Source: Methanobacteriota archaeon (GTDB lineage: Archaea; Thermoplasmatota; Poseidoniia; Poseidoniales; Poseidoniaceae). From it: 64,000 nt of DNA. The notes beneath the pieces are model-generated. The model worked only from the letters and a program-made list of their open reading frames with translations. It did no database searches and had not been told where the DNA came from. Position numbers and translations under genes: made by a program. Of this stretch, positions 29,289 through 39,086 are shown one piece after another. Location of the stretch: positions 3,393-67,392 of the forward strand of contig PBET01000024.1 in NCBI GenBank assembly GCA_002719815.1, given 5' to 3'. Positions within the stretch are counted from its first letter, which is position 1; the number at the start of each line of letters is the position of its first letter.

Positions 29289-30898
29289 TCGACGATTGAG
29301 GTTTCACCAAGTTGTGCTTCAGCCATACCGACAGGGCTTCGTTTTCCATCGATTGTGAATTCCCACCCATCCCCAGCTGACTCGTTGAATGCAACCATGT
29401 ATGCGCCCAGATATTGTTGCTCGACTTGCGTTTGAATGCCCAACTCTTGACAGGCAAGCATGGTCAATTCATACACGGTATCTTGTGGCTCTAAACCTCC
29501 TATGGCTCGCTCTTCACCATCGATTTCAAACACAATAACTTGGGTCTGTTTCCATTCATTCGGCCAGGAAGCGTCCCATTCTATTTCATTCGCAGGCGTG
29601 GTCTTTTCTGCCAATTTAACCGATAATTCTGGTACAACAGCAATAGCCAACACAAGGAAAAATGCGGACCCGATTTTCATCATTTGAGCCCAGTCAAGCA
29701 TAGAAAAAGAACGGCACAGAAGAAGAAACAAGCCGAGGATTGCAAAATAATGGATGGTTTGAATGAGACTGCTATTCTCTGAACGTACTTCTTCAGACGG
29801 TGATTCTTGATGCGTAACTTGGAGAATGCCGGCATCATTTCCAAGTGCAAGGATCCCTTCAGAAAAGCCCGGAGCTGCTGTTCCATAGGTATCAAAAGAC
29901 GTATGTTCCATGCGAATCAATGACGTTTGATTGAAGACGCCCCATCCTCCATCGGGTGTATTTGACGGAGCCCATATCTCCACGGATGAATTGGAGATCC
30001 TCAGACCCAATTCGCCATATGAGCGAAAGGGCACCGTTGATTCAATGGAACATGTTTGCGTGTCGCAAAGTATTGAAATCCATTCATCGATTGTTGATGC
30101 ATAAATTCGGTCTCCATGCATCAAAGGCATTGCTGGTGAACCTCCAGCACTTCCGATAAGTGATCCATTGAGATACATGGATGAACCTGTATTGGTTTGC
30201 ATATGCACAAACAAACCGTGACGTGTTTCAATGGGCGCATGACGAATCTTTCCTTCTCCCAAATACGTTGTCGAAACGGTTCCATTCCGAGCAATGGTAT
30301 GGAGGTGTCCTGATTCGTCTCCAATCACATAGCCATCCTCGGTTATCGAAACACCATTTCGCCACCCTACATTGCCAGTATCGGCATCAAGCAGTTGATC
30401 CCCATTTGCAAGACAGAAACTTGCTATACCTGTACGCGTCGGAACGATGATGCGATCATCTTCCAGAGCCATTTGCCCAGTGATGCCAAAAAGTTCGACC
30501 TCTGTCTGATTTTCCCATAGGATTGAACCATCGTGTGGCGAATGTGCCGTCACTTTACCATCAACCCAACCAACGATGAGAAGATCTTGCCAATCGCCAC
30601 AGTCTCCAGTTCCTGACTCAACAAAGAATAGCGGCGCCATATCGTGTTGAAGCGATGTCTGTGAAACATAGGTCCAGCGTTCTTCTCCAGTATGAACATC
30701 AAAGGCTGCTACAACGGGCCGGTCATCACTACCTGTCCAGAATCCCGAAGTTCTCACATACACTGTATCATCGATTATGAGCGGTTTGGTTGTAATGTAA
30801 CCCGCATCAAACTCATGTGTCCAAGTGGTTTCTGTCGATGCTTGAGCAAGCGGCACACAGAGAATGAGAATGAGAAGAATCGATGGCACTCGCATCAT
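29273..30898 (-). CDS. Secreted PQQ-like beta-propeller repeat protein with C-terminal TM and DUF4430-like domain
   Basis: Signal peptide; repeated TGEERWTY / DGSILWEN-type PQQ motifs; C-terminal hydrophobic helix then extracellular-type domain. Confidence 0.6.
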   Translation of the reverse strand: MMRVPSILLILILCVPLAQASTETTWTHEFDAGYITTKPLIIDDTVYVRTSGFWTGSDDRPVVAAFDVHTGEERWTYVSQTSLQHDMAPLFFVESGTGDCGDWQDLLIVGWVDGKVTAHSPHDGSILWENQTEVELFGITGQMALEDDRIIVPTRTGIASFCLANGDQLLDADTGNVGWRNGVSITEDGYVIGDESGHLHTIARNGTVSTTYLGEGKIRHAPIETRHGLFVHMQTNTGSSMYLNGSLIGSAGGSPAMPLMHGDRIYASTIDEWISILCDTQTCSIESTVPFRSYGELGLRISNSSVEIWAPSNTPDGGWGVFNQTSLIRMEHTSFDTYGTAAPGFSEGILALGNDAGILQVTHQESPSEEVRSENSSLIQTIHYFAILGLFLLLCRSFSMLDWAQMMKIGSAFFLVLAIAVVPELSVKLAEKTTPANEIEWDASWPNEWKQTQVIVFEIDGEERAIGGLEPQDTVYELTMLACQELGIQTQVEQQYLGAYMVAFNESAGDGWEFTIDGKRSPVGMAEAQLGETSIVEWRPV

Positions 30899-32964
30899 GA
30901 ATGCCTCTGGATGATTGCCCGTAAGACTGCACTGACTTGCTTTCCATCAACACCCGGACATGCTCCCATCACCACGCCCATCAGAGGACCCATTGCACCC
31001 ATACCGCGTTCTTTCACGAAATCGATACGTTCGAGAACAATGCCCTCGACGATTGATTCAAGATCGCCAATCTCGGCTGGAACGAGATCATTCTCCTGAG
31101 CGAATGCCTCGACCTCCCCCCTCGTAATGTGCTTGCTTTGAGCAAAATGTTCCACAACTTGTTCAATACCTTCCCGGGTGAGACCATCGTTTTCTCGTAC
31201 GGAGAGAATACAAGATAGGACCGTAGGAACGACTGTTTCGTGTTCAAGAAGAAGTGTAGCCCATGCCTTACTTTTTGTTTGGTGATGATCAAAGAAATCA
31301 TCATCCAATTCTCTTGAAAGAAGTTGTTTGCATTGGTCTTCAGATAACTCAGTTTGCTTGAGTCGTTCCATTCTCTCATCTTGACGCATCGGAAGATTAT
31401 CGATGACGTGTTGCCAGTGGGATTTGGTGATTTGGATTGTCGGTATATCCGTTTCAGGGTACATTCGTGCGCCCCCTGGTAACGGTCGCATCGGTGTTGT
31501 GGTACCATCTTCAGGCGCTCCCTTCTTGACAACGACATTACGAACCTCTTGAGGAAGTCGGTGGTAGGCCAATCTGGCACGTAATCCGACCGATTCAAGC
31601 GCCAATTGTGCTTGCCATTCTGGAGCGAGACAGAGAACAAATGCATCACTGGATGATAAGTTCAATTCATCCCGTACGGATTGAACATGCTCATCTTCGA
31701 TACCATAAGCAGGAAGTTCGTCAGAATGGAAAACACCGCGTACACCTGCAAGTTTTGCAGCGCCTGCCAATTCTCTCCCCAATCGAGGTAGTTGTGAACC
31801 TTCTGAATCCAATACCTTTGAACCAATCTTTCCTGCAAATCCAGGAAGTGGTAAGGCGAGCATGATGTATCCTGATTCGAGACCTTGCTTCACCATACGG
31901 CTGTCGCAAGATGAAAACGAGGTTGTAACATCACTGCATTCCAATGGAATGTGTGATTCGACCACTTCCATAACATTCGATTCAACGTCCGCATCATCAA
32001 GACGTCTGTCCTGTGGAAGTGGTGGCAGGGATTGTTCGGAACGCAATTCATTCGCCAGTCGATACATGTGCACTTGACGAACCATCTCCAAGCGAACGAT
32101 GCGTGGTATCCAAGCAAGATCTTGACATCCCTTGATCTCGACTCGATCGCCACATGCGACACTCACGTTCAGATCCTGACGAATCGAGCCTAGACCTCGA
32201 CGAACACGCCGTGTATCTCTCAATGTTCGACCCAAGGCTTGAGCCGTTTCTTTTGCATGTTCTGGAGACTGGATGTCCGGAGATGTTGCAATTTCAATGA
32301 GTGGAACGCCGAGACGGTCAAGATTGTAGATGACTTGTTCTCCATGATCTGTGGAAAGACTGTCCAATTTGCGAGCACTGTCTTCTTCCAAACAAAGTAC
32401 ATCGATACCAACATCTCCCGTTTGGGTTTTGAGAACACCATCCGAAGAAATGAGTGTTGTTCGCTGAAATCCGCTTGTATTTGATCCATCAACGACCGTT
32501 TTACGCATCGTTTGTAAAGCGCCGAGAGGTTTTGCTTGAAGCATAGCAGAAACCGTCAATGCAACATCAAGAGCATCTTCATCATGGGATAATGGTGGGC
32601 TTTCATCCAATTCAATCAAGCCAGAATTTGGTGATTGGATATAGACGAATGAACGGTTACGTCGCTTCTCAAATCGTGCAGCAACGTCGACTTTTCCACC
32701 TTCTCCGCTCGCAAGACGGAGTTTGCGTGCGTATCGAGGCCAATCGTTTGGCACGGTATCGATGGTCACATCGTAAAGCATGGATGGTTGACGCGAATGG
32801 AGTTTACCTGTTGCAAGTTGCTGGTGGACTTCGATACCACACATGAATCCCAATTGTGCTGTATCAAAGGTCGATGCATCCGTCACATCACCTACCGGTT
32901 CTCCTTGGACGACATCTGCCATGAACATTCCAAGCATCTCCACTTCATGAGATGATTGCTTCAC
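30895..32964 (-). CDS. gatE: Glutamyl-tRNA(Gln) amidotransferase subunit E
   Basis: N-terminal LGFMCGIEVHQQLATGKL (GatE LGLKxGLEIHQQL pattern); C-terminal GatB/YqeY-like helical domain; likely true start at Met near 32922. Confidence 0.8.
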   Translation of the reverse strand: MKQSSHEVEMLGMFMADVVQGEPVGDVTDASTFDTAQLGFMCGIEVHQQLATGKLHSRQPSMLYDVTIDTVPNDWPRYARKLRLASGEGGKVDVAARFEKRRNRSFVYIQSPNSGLIELDESPPLSHDEDALDVALTVSAMLQAKPLGALQTMRKTVVDGSNTSGFQRTTLISSDGVLKTQTGDVGIDVLCLEEDSARKLDSLSTDHGEQVIYNLDRLGVPLIEIATSPDIQSPEHAKETAQALGRTLRDTRRVRRGLGSIRQDLNVSVACGDRVEIKGCQDLAWIPRIVRLEMVRQVHMYRLANELRSEQSLPPLPQDRRLDDADVESNVMEVVESHIPLECSDVTTSFSSCDSRMVKQGLESGYIMLALPLPGFAGKIGSKVLDSEGSQLPRLGRELAGAAKLAGVRGVFHSDELPAYGIEDEHVQSVRDELNLSSSDAFVLCLAPEWQAQLALESVGLRARLAYHRLPQEVRNVVVKKGAPEDGTTTPMRPLPGGARMYPETDIPTIQITKSHWQHVIDNLPMRQDERMERLKQTELSEDQCKQLLSRELDDDFFDHHQTKSKAWATLLLEHETVVPTVLSCILSVRENDGLTREGIEQVVEHFAQSKHITRGEVEAFAQENDLVPAEIGDLESIVEGIVLERIDFVKERGMGAMGPLMGVVMGACPGVDGKQVSAVLRAIIQRHS

Positions 32965-32966
32965 AT

Positions 32967-35081
32967 CTAGACAATTTGCAAGGTATCGTAACCCGTTGGG
33001 CGCATAAGACGACCGTTTTGGTTGAGTTTATCGATGACTTCCTCGGCTTTTTCTCTTGGAATATCGAGGCGTTCTGCTTCATTGAGGACGTCAATCAGTT
33101 GGGCGTAGCCATCACCATTGGCGGACAGACGTTCAACAATGTCGAGAATGGTTCGTTCAGCATGGCGAGCCTTTCCTTTTTGATTGGAAGCGATCGCTGT
33201 TTCATCGAAATTCTCACCCATCAGATCGTATCTCCATGTCTTTGTCAGACGTACAGCTCGCTCAGCATCTTCGATGGTTGCCGTTTCCGACAGTCGAATG
33301 CGGGCACTCGCTTCGGCCAATCGTGCGAGAGCTTCCAATGCACGCGCAGTGATGGCGACTGAGTCCTGATATTCACCGGACTGTTTACGTGTTGAAACAT
33401 AGTAATCGATGATGTGCTTTTTGGCTTCCTCATCCAAATTTGGATGGACTGTTCGCTTCGCGTATGCAACGTACTTGCGGATAAATTCTCGATGAAGGTG
33501 CCCATCCGTATGACTTGGTTTGGTCATGACTGAGCTCAGTTTACGTGGGTCGGGTCTTGATCCCTCATTAACCAATAATTCACTTGTACCGGAGAGTCTG
33601 TTGTCAACAATGTGCCCTGCAATCTTCGCGTCCTTGTCTTCTGAAGGCTCATCTGTCAGCAACCAAATGACATCAAAACGAGAGATAAGTGGTGGAGCGA
33701 GGTTGATTTGCCCGGTAAAGGGAACTTCTGAAACAGGTTGGAAACGGCCTGCCTTTGGGTTCGCAGCGGCCAATACGGCGCAACGTGTGCGAAGGCTTGC
33801 ATTGATTCCAGCTTTTGAAATTGAAATTGTTTGTTGTTCCATCGCTTCGTGCATACTGGATCGATCGGCTTGATTCATTTTGTCGAATTCGTCGATTGCA
33901 GCCAATCCCTGATCGGCGAGAACGAGGGCGCCCGCTTCCAATGTCCAGCGTCCGTCAGCGCTCGCATCTTGAACTGCAGCTGCAGTCAAACCAGCGGCTG
34001 ATGCGGACATACCGGAGGTAAATCGACCGCGAGGAGAAATGTTGCCCATGTAGGCAAGAAGTTGCGACTTTGCAACACCAGGATCACCCATCAAAAGGAT
34101 GTGAATATCTCCACGGTTTCGTGTTCCATCTGGATTGAGTCGCGCAACACCCCCAAACAATTGCAACATGAGCGTTTCTTTGATCTTGTCCATTCCAAAA
34201 ATGGAAGGAGCAATCGACTCAGCGATTCGCTTGTAAACATCTTGATCGGCTGCAAATGTTTTGATTTCTGCTTCTTCCTCATCGGAGACAACTATTTCCT
34301 CCAATGCAAGGTTTTGACGTTCAAGCGATTGAACGCGCATGAAGATATCAAACACAGGGGTGTCCTTTCCAAACTTGCGTTGCGAACGAATGAACAAAAC
34401 GCCGTTGGCTTTGACTCGATCGCCTGGATTGACCTTTCCAGTGAGGTCATGTTCTGCTACACATGAAATGCGTTCAGGCTGGACGCCTCCGCGAACCTGT
34501 TCAGGTAGTTCCTGCAGTTCAATAAACTGTGAATTCGTTAGTGTTGAACGTTCTTGCAATAATTGGAAGCGTGTTTGGCGATTGGTCAAGCCACATCCAC
34601 CATCGATTTGTGAACACTCCATTGGCGTGATGAGTTCCTGTTCGTTGGGTTGCTGAATGATGGTCAAATGTTCGCACGCGACACATTTGAACGTTGCAGA
34701 ATACATTCGAGGACGAACACCAGAGATTTTTGTTACCACGGCATCAATGGAAATCATCAAACCGATATCATCCGAGCGAAGTTGGGAAACGGTGCGAACC
34801 TGGTCGCTTGGAAGGTGAACAATACGCACCCATGGATTGATTGTACCATGGCCCACATCAGCGAGTAACTCTCGAAGGGCTCTGTTTGATGCATCATCAT
34901 GCAAATCTGGTTGTTCAAGAATACTTTGAGCAAAAGTTGGATCAAATCCTTCGATGGTCCGATATGAAACCTCAAGACTCTGGACATCCGGCCAAAGTTG
35001 AGCGATGTTGTGGACATCCTCGGTAAAATGTGCATGCAGAAGTGTCGACCATCGCGCTGTCAAATCAAAGTCTTGAATCAT
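32967..35081 (-). CDS. mcm: MCM replicative helicase (no intein)
   Basis: Walker A LLMGDPGVAKSQLL, Walker B AAIDEFDKM, sensor/Arg-finger LISRFDVIW, N-terminal Zn motif; start placed at internal Met (ATG 35079-35081), ORF extends to 35246. Confidence 0.9.
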   Translation of the reverse strand: MIQDFDLTARWSTLLHAHFTEDVHNIAQLWPDVQSLEVSYRTIEGFDPTFAQSILEQPDLHDDASNRALRELLADVGHGTINPWVRIVHLPSDQVRTVSQLRSDDIGLMISIDAVVTKISGVRPRMYSATFKCVACEHLTIIQQPNEQELITPMECSQIDGGCGLTNRQTRFQLLQERSTLTNSQFIELQELPEQVRGGVQPERISCVAEHDLTGKVNPGDRVKANGVLFIRSQRKFGKDTPVFDIFMRVQSLERQNLALEEIVVSDEEEAEIKTFAADQDVYKRIAESIAPSIFGMDKIKETLMLQLFGGVARLNPDGTRNRGDIHILLMGDPGVAKSQLLAYMGNISPRGRFTSGMSASAAGLTAAAVQDASADGRWTLEAGALVLADQGLAAIDEFDKMNQADRSSMHEAMEQQTISISKAGINASLRTRCAVLAAANPKAGRFQPVSEVPFTGQINLAPPLISRFDVIWLLTDEPSEDKDAKIAGHIVDNRLSGTSELLVNEGSRPDPRKLSSVMTKPSHTDGHLHREFIRKYVAYAKRTVHPNLDEEAKKHIIDYYVSTRKQSGEYQDSVAITARALEALARLAEASARIRLSETATIEDAERAVRLTKTWRYDLMGENFDETAIASNQKGKARHAERTILDIVERLSANGDGYAQLIDVLNEAERLDIPREKAEEVIDKLNQNGRLMRPTGYDTLQIV

Positions 35082-35270
35082 GTTCGCACCACACTGAGGA
35101 ATTAGATATGGACGGCTACCGTTCTTAATGGTTCCATTGCAATTTATGCGCCCCTTCATTTCCACTGGAAAACGCCATACATTCATACATGCTTTCTCAT
35201 CGAAAACATACAGAAAGTGGAACGGCGCCAAACTCAATAGATTCATATCAAATCAACACGACGGTTTGCC

Positions 35271-35783
35271 ATGATTATCTTCGCGCATGGACTGGAAGGG
35301 TCTCCGAACGGAAGTAAGATTCGTGCCTTACGCAATGCAGGTTTTGATGTTGTAGCGCCTGATTTTCAAGGGATGAATCTCGCTGAACGTGTGGACTTGC
35401 TGGAAGAAATTTGTTTGAAATATGCTTCGAAACGGCCTGTACTTGCTGGATCAAGCTATGGAGGATTGACTGCTGCAATCATCGCAATGAAGATGCCAGG
35501 TGCATTTCGCGGACTTCTCTTGTGCGCTCCTGCACTTCATTTGATTGAGCCTCCTGTGGATGAGAACACTGTTCTTGTTGCTCCAAATGGATTGAAGACG
35601 GTCATCATTCATGGCCTTGAAGACGATATTGTCCCCATTTCGTGCAGTATTGACTACGCAGCTCGCTCGGGGAATGATGTCGTTGCATTTCATCAGGTCA
35701 ATGATGGCCATCGCCTTGCTGAATCGCATCAAGAGATTATCGACGCTGCCCAGTTGTTGAGTGGCGAGACGATTGATTCATGA
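35271..35783 (+). CDS. Small alpha/beta-hydrolase (YqiA/UPF0227-like esterase)
   Basis: MIIFAHGLEGSPNGSKI...LAGSSYGG nucleophile elbow; 170 aa. Confidence 0.55.
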   Translation: MIIFAHGLEGSPNGSKIRALRNAGFDVVAPDFQGMNLAERVDLLEEICLKYASKRPVLAGSSYGGLTAAIIAMKMPGAFRGLLLCAPALHLIEPPVDENTVLVAPNGLKTVIIHGLEDDIVPISCSIDYAARSGNDVVAFHQVNDGHRLAESHQEIIDAAQLLSGETIDS

Positions 35784-35805
35784 ATTGGCTCGTTTTGGAA
35801 AACGT

Positions 35806-36903
35806 ATGAGCGACCCTATGGACTACGCTTCAAGCGGTGTCGACATCGATCTTGAAGGAGCGGCTGTCGCTTCGCTCATCGGTTCGTTGCAACGTTCGAC
35901 ACGAAAGCCGGGAACGCCTGGTGCACCTGTTGATTTGCCTGGTGGATTTGGAGGCCTCATCGAATTCGGTAATCATCTCTTGGCCTTAGCAACAGATGGC
36001 GTAGGAAGTAAGTTGCAAATCGCTACTGAAGTCAAAGACTGGAGCAGTGTAGGGATTGACTGCATGGCCATGAATGTGAACGATTTACTGTGTGTCGGTG
36101 CTGAACCCATCGCTTTTGTCGATTATATTGCAGTTCCAAAGCCCGACCCTGAGGTGCATGCTGCGGTCGGCGCATCGCTCGCAAAAGCATGCGAATTAGC
36201 AAATGTTACACTCGCTGGCGGAGAGACTGCATCGCTTCCTGGAATCGTTACAGAACTCGACCTTTCTGGAACTGCTCTCGGCTTCCTTGACAAGGATTCT
36301 GCGATCACAGGCGAGCGTCTGCAGGCTGGCGATGTTCTCATCGGCTTACCATCATCAGGCATCCATTCAAACGGATTCTCGCTCGTTCGAAGCATCATCG
36401 GACGGGTAGGTCTTGGCTATACAGATCAATGCCCCTTCGATGCACATTTTGATGGACGATCGCTTCCAGAACAACCTGTTCTTTCCGATATTTTGTTGAT
36501 TCCGACCAAAATCTACTGCGAACCCATCGTCAAGTTGCTTCAACACCTCAAATCAACGCAAGGCTCAGTTCATGCCCTCCATGGTATTGCCCATATCACC
36601 GGAGGAGGTCTCTCAAACCTCTTGCGATTGCACGGCCACCTCGGATGGCACATCGATACGCCAATGCCGATTCCTCCTGAATTTACATGGCTTCAGCAAG
36701 CAGGAAACGTGACAGATTTGGAAATGCATCGTACCTTCAATATGGGGCTTGGGATGGTCCTTGCTGTTGAAAGAGAACAGGCAGATGCAATCCTTGAATT
36801 CATCAAAACATATGAGTCGAATGCAGCCATCATTGGCGCAGTTCATGACAATGGACACAAGGTAACACATCAGAATCCTGATGTTTTCTTCGAGCATTAT
36901 TGA
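35806..36903 (+). CDS. purM: Phosphoribosylformylglycinamidine cyclo-ligase (AIR synthetase)
   Basis: DYASSGVDID...GGFGGLIEF...ALATDGVGSKLQIA...GIDCMAMNVNDLLCVGAEP; start at internal ATG 35806. Confidence 0.85.
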   Translation: MSDPMDYASSGVDIDLEGAAVASLIGSLQRSTRKPGTPGAPVDLPGGFGGLIEFGNHLLALATDGVGSKLQIATEVKDWSSVGIDCMAMNVNDLLCVGAEPIAFVDYIAVPKPDPEVHAAVGASLAKACELANVTLAGGETASLPGIVTELDLSGTALGFLDKDSAITGERLQAGDVLIGLPSSGIHSNGFSLVRSIIGRVGLGYTDQCPFDAHFDGRSLPEQPVLSDILLIPTKIYCEPIVKLLQHLKSTQGSVHALHGIAHITGGGLSNLLRLHGHLGWHIDTPMPIPPEFTWLQQAGNVTDLEMHRTFNMGLGMVLAVEREQADAILEFIKTYESNAAIIGAVHDNGHKVTHQNPDVFFEHY

Positions 36904-36941
36904 AGCGGTGCGGTCAAGAAGAGGAGCCATCTCGTCCAAGC

Positions 36942-38291
36942 ATGGGCGAGTCATTTTCAGGACAGGATGTTCCTGATGATTGGCCTGGCCATGTATGGTG
37001 TGAAGGACGTACATTTGTTCACTTGAAAACAAGTCAAGAGCGTCCAACCCATATGCCTCGAGGGCCTGCTGCAAAATCCGGAACGGGTTTCATGAATCCT
37101 GCAATGGCACCAGCGCGTACACGTTCGGTTCTCTTGTTGCAAGATGCGCTCGAACATGGTTGGATCAATGGAGATCGCCCAGTTCGGGCTTTGGATGCAC
37201 TCTGTGCTACAGGAATTCGCGTTCGACGATGGAGAAACGAAATCAAATCGGATTTGCAAGACTACTTGCACATAACTGCCAATGATCTTGACCGCAAAGC
37301 ACTCGATTGGGCTTTGAATTCAACCAATTCTGATCATGAAATACCAATTCCTCAATCGATTGATGATGAACAAGTTCAACCACACTTCATCGAAAAGAAT
37401 GGAATCAAGTTTCAAAATCAAGATGCGCGTTTAGCGATGATTCAAGGGTCGTTTCAATGGATTGACATCGATCCTTTCGGTTCACCAGTGACGTTCATCG
37501 ATGCTGCATTGCAGGCGCTCGGGCGAGTAGGTGTTCTCGAAGTGACGGCAACCGATACTGCTGCATTAACTGGTTCTTCTGCGACTTCAGGTATGCGTCG
37601 GTACGGTCACAAAGGCATCGTTGATTTGTATGCTCATGATGATGCTATTCGGGTTCTTCTTGGAACCATAGCAACACGTGCTGCACAACTTGACCGCGCT
37701 ATCGAGCCTATCCTTGCATTGTTCGATGGCCATCATGTTCGAGTTTCCGTACTCGTTCGGAAGAGCAAGCAGGGAGCAGATAAGACTCGAGAACAAATGG
37801 GCTGGAGAGTTCGTTGTGAAGACATTCCATACAAATTCACGAAACAACCGACAATCGAAGAAATGCCTCAATCGAGTGGCCCAATGTGGATTGGACCGTT
37901 ATGGAATGGTGATATCTGTTCTCGACTTACCGAAGAAAACGCGGTCAAGACATGTCTTGCTCAACCTTCTGATTTAGAACGAGGAATCCCAATCGGACTC
38001 GAATGGAGCGAGTCTGACCAACTGTATGCAGAACGTGAGATTCGACGTTCAGTGCGTCATATTGCGCAAGCAGCACCTTTGCTATCATCGGAACACCTGT
38101 TGCTCGCATTCGATCAACTACCTCGATTCGCTGGCGTGGGTTCATTACCATCGATGGAGCGACTTATCGATACTCTCAATGAAGCTGGTCATTTGTCAGC
38201 AAGAGTTCCCGATCTTCGGCCGTTTATCGCAACGCATGCACCATTCGAAACGGTTCTTGAGACCATACGAACTATTCTTTCAGCCGAATGA
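36942..38291 (+). CDS. trm1: tRNA (guanine26-N2)-dimethyltransferase Trm1
   Basis: EGRTFVHLK...FMNPAMAPARTRS (cf. EGKAKILIP...FYNPRMALNRD), DALCATGIRVRRW, WIDIDPFGSPVTFIDAAL; start at ATG 36942. Confidence 0.75.
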   Translation: MGESFSGQDVPDDWPGHVWCEGRTFVHLKTSQERPTHMPRGPAAKSGTGFMNPAMAPARTRSVLLLQDALEHGWINGDRPVRALDALCATGIRVRRWRNEIKSDLQDYLHITANDLDRKALDWALNSTNSDHEIPIPQSIDDEQVQPHFIEKNGIKFQNQDARLAMIQGSFQWIDIDPFGSPVTFIDAALQALGRVGVLEVTATDTAALTGSSATSGMRRYGHKGIVDLYAHDDAIRVLLGTIATRAAQLDRAIEPILALFDGHHVRVSVLVRKSKQGADKTREQMGWRVRCEDIPYKFTKQPTIEEMPQSSGPMWIGPLWNGDICSRLTEENAVKTCLAQPSDLERGIPIGLEWSESDQLYAEREIRRSVRHIAQAAPLLSSEHLLLAFDQLPRFAGVGSLPSMERLIDTLNEAGHLSARVPDLRPFIATHAPFETVLETIRTILSAE

Positions 38292-39035
38292 GGGATCATT
38301 GATTGCATCGTCATCATCGGGCGAAGGCAGCAACGGTGTAGCGCTCTCAATGATTTCTTGAACAGATTGCTCAATACTTCGAGCATTTTCAAGCATCGCC
38401 GATAATGGAATTTCTTTCCCGGTCATTTCTGTAATGGCTTCGATAGCAACAGCTGCAGCACGAACATCAGGATACATTGGACTCGCTTCAGAAAGCAAAG
38501 CAGTGATATCGAGATTGAGCCGATCACCTTCACTCAAGAGGAATCCAGTAATTCCAGATACAATACCACGTTGAATCGTCTGTAAATCAAGCGATTTCAA
38601 TCGATCTCTCGCTACAGCATTCGCCCCAACTGCGAACAAGCCCTCACCTTGAATTTGTTTTTCGGGCTTGAGAATTCCATCGATGATGATCAATTGATCA
38701 AAGCCTCCTACTCTGAACCACTCAAGAACCGTTGAACCAAAGGCAATATCTTGTTCCTTCTCAAATTGAATTTCAGCAGTAAAAACACCAATTCCATCGC
38801 CTTGGTAAACACGAACTGGGTGTCGAGGCACTTCATTTTGAATCAAAGCGACAGCTGGAAAGTTCTCATCCATAACCGTCCCTAGTTGTGTAAGATTGAG
38901 TGATTCAATGATGTGAGAAGCGGCAATAACGCCGACCATTCCTGCCGTAGTAAAGCCACAGATTGCGACGCCACCTGTGGTCGGGTCAACACCTGAACGA
39001 AGAACAAGGTCATACGTTCCGAACTGTTGTTTCAT
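38280..39035 (-). CDS. PAC2-family (proteasome assembly chaperone-like) protein, copy 1
   Basis: AICGFTTAGMVGVIAASHIIE N-terminal signature, ~250 aa, acidic C-terminal tail. Confidence 0.5.
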   Translation of the reverse strand: MKQQFGTYDLVLRSGVDPTTGGVAICGFTTAGMVGVIAASHIIESLNLTQLGTVMDENFPAVALIQNEVPRHPVRVYQGDGIGVFTAEIQFEKEQDIAFGSTVLEWFRVGGFDQLIIIDGILKPEKQIQGEGLFAVGANAVARDRLKSLDLQTIQRGIVSGITGFLLSEGDRLNLDITALLSEASPMYPDVRAAAVAIEAITEMTGKEIPLSAMLENARSIEQSVQEIIESATPLLPSPDDDDAINDPSFG

Positions 39036-39086
39036 ACTCAGGCCTCGTTTTGCCGGTCGCCTCGTGTTTGAAAAAATTCTCGGCGC

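Noticed and set aside
35082-35270. Replication-origin-like region upstream of mcm
   Set aside because: No ORB-type inverted repeats or AT-rich DUE flanked by repeats seen. Archaeal origins associate with orc/cdc6 genes, and none is in this window.
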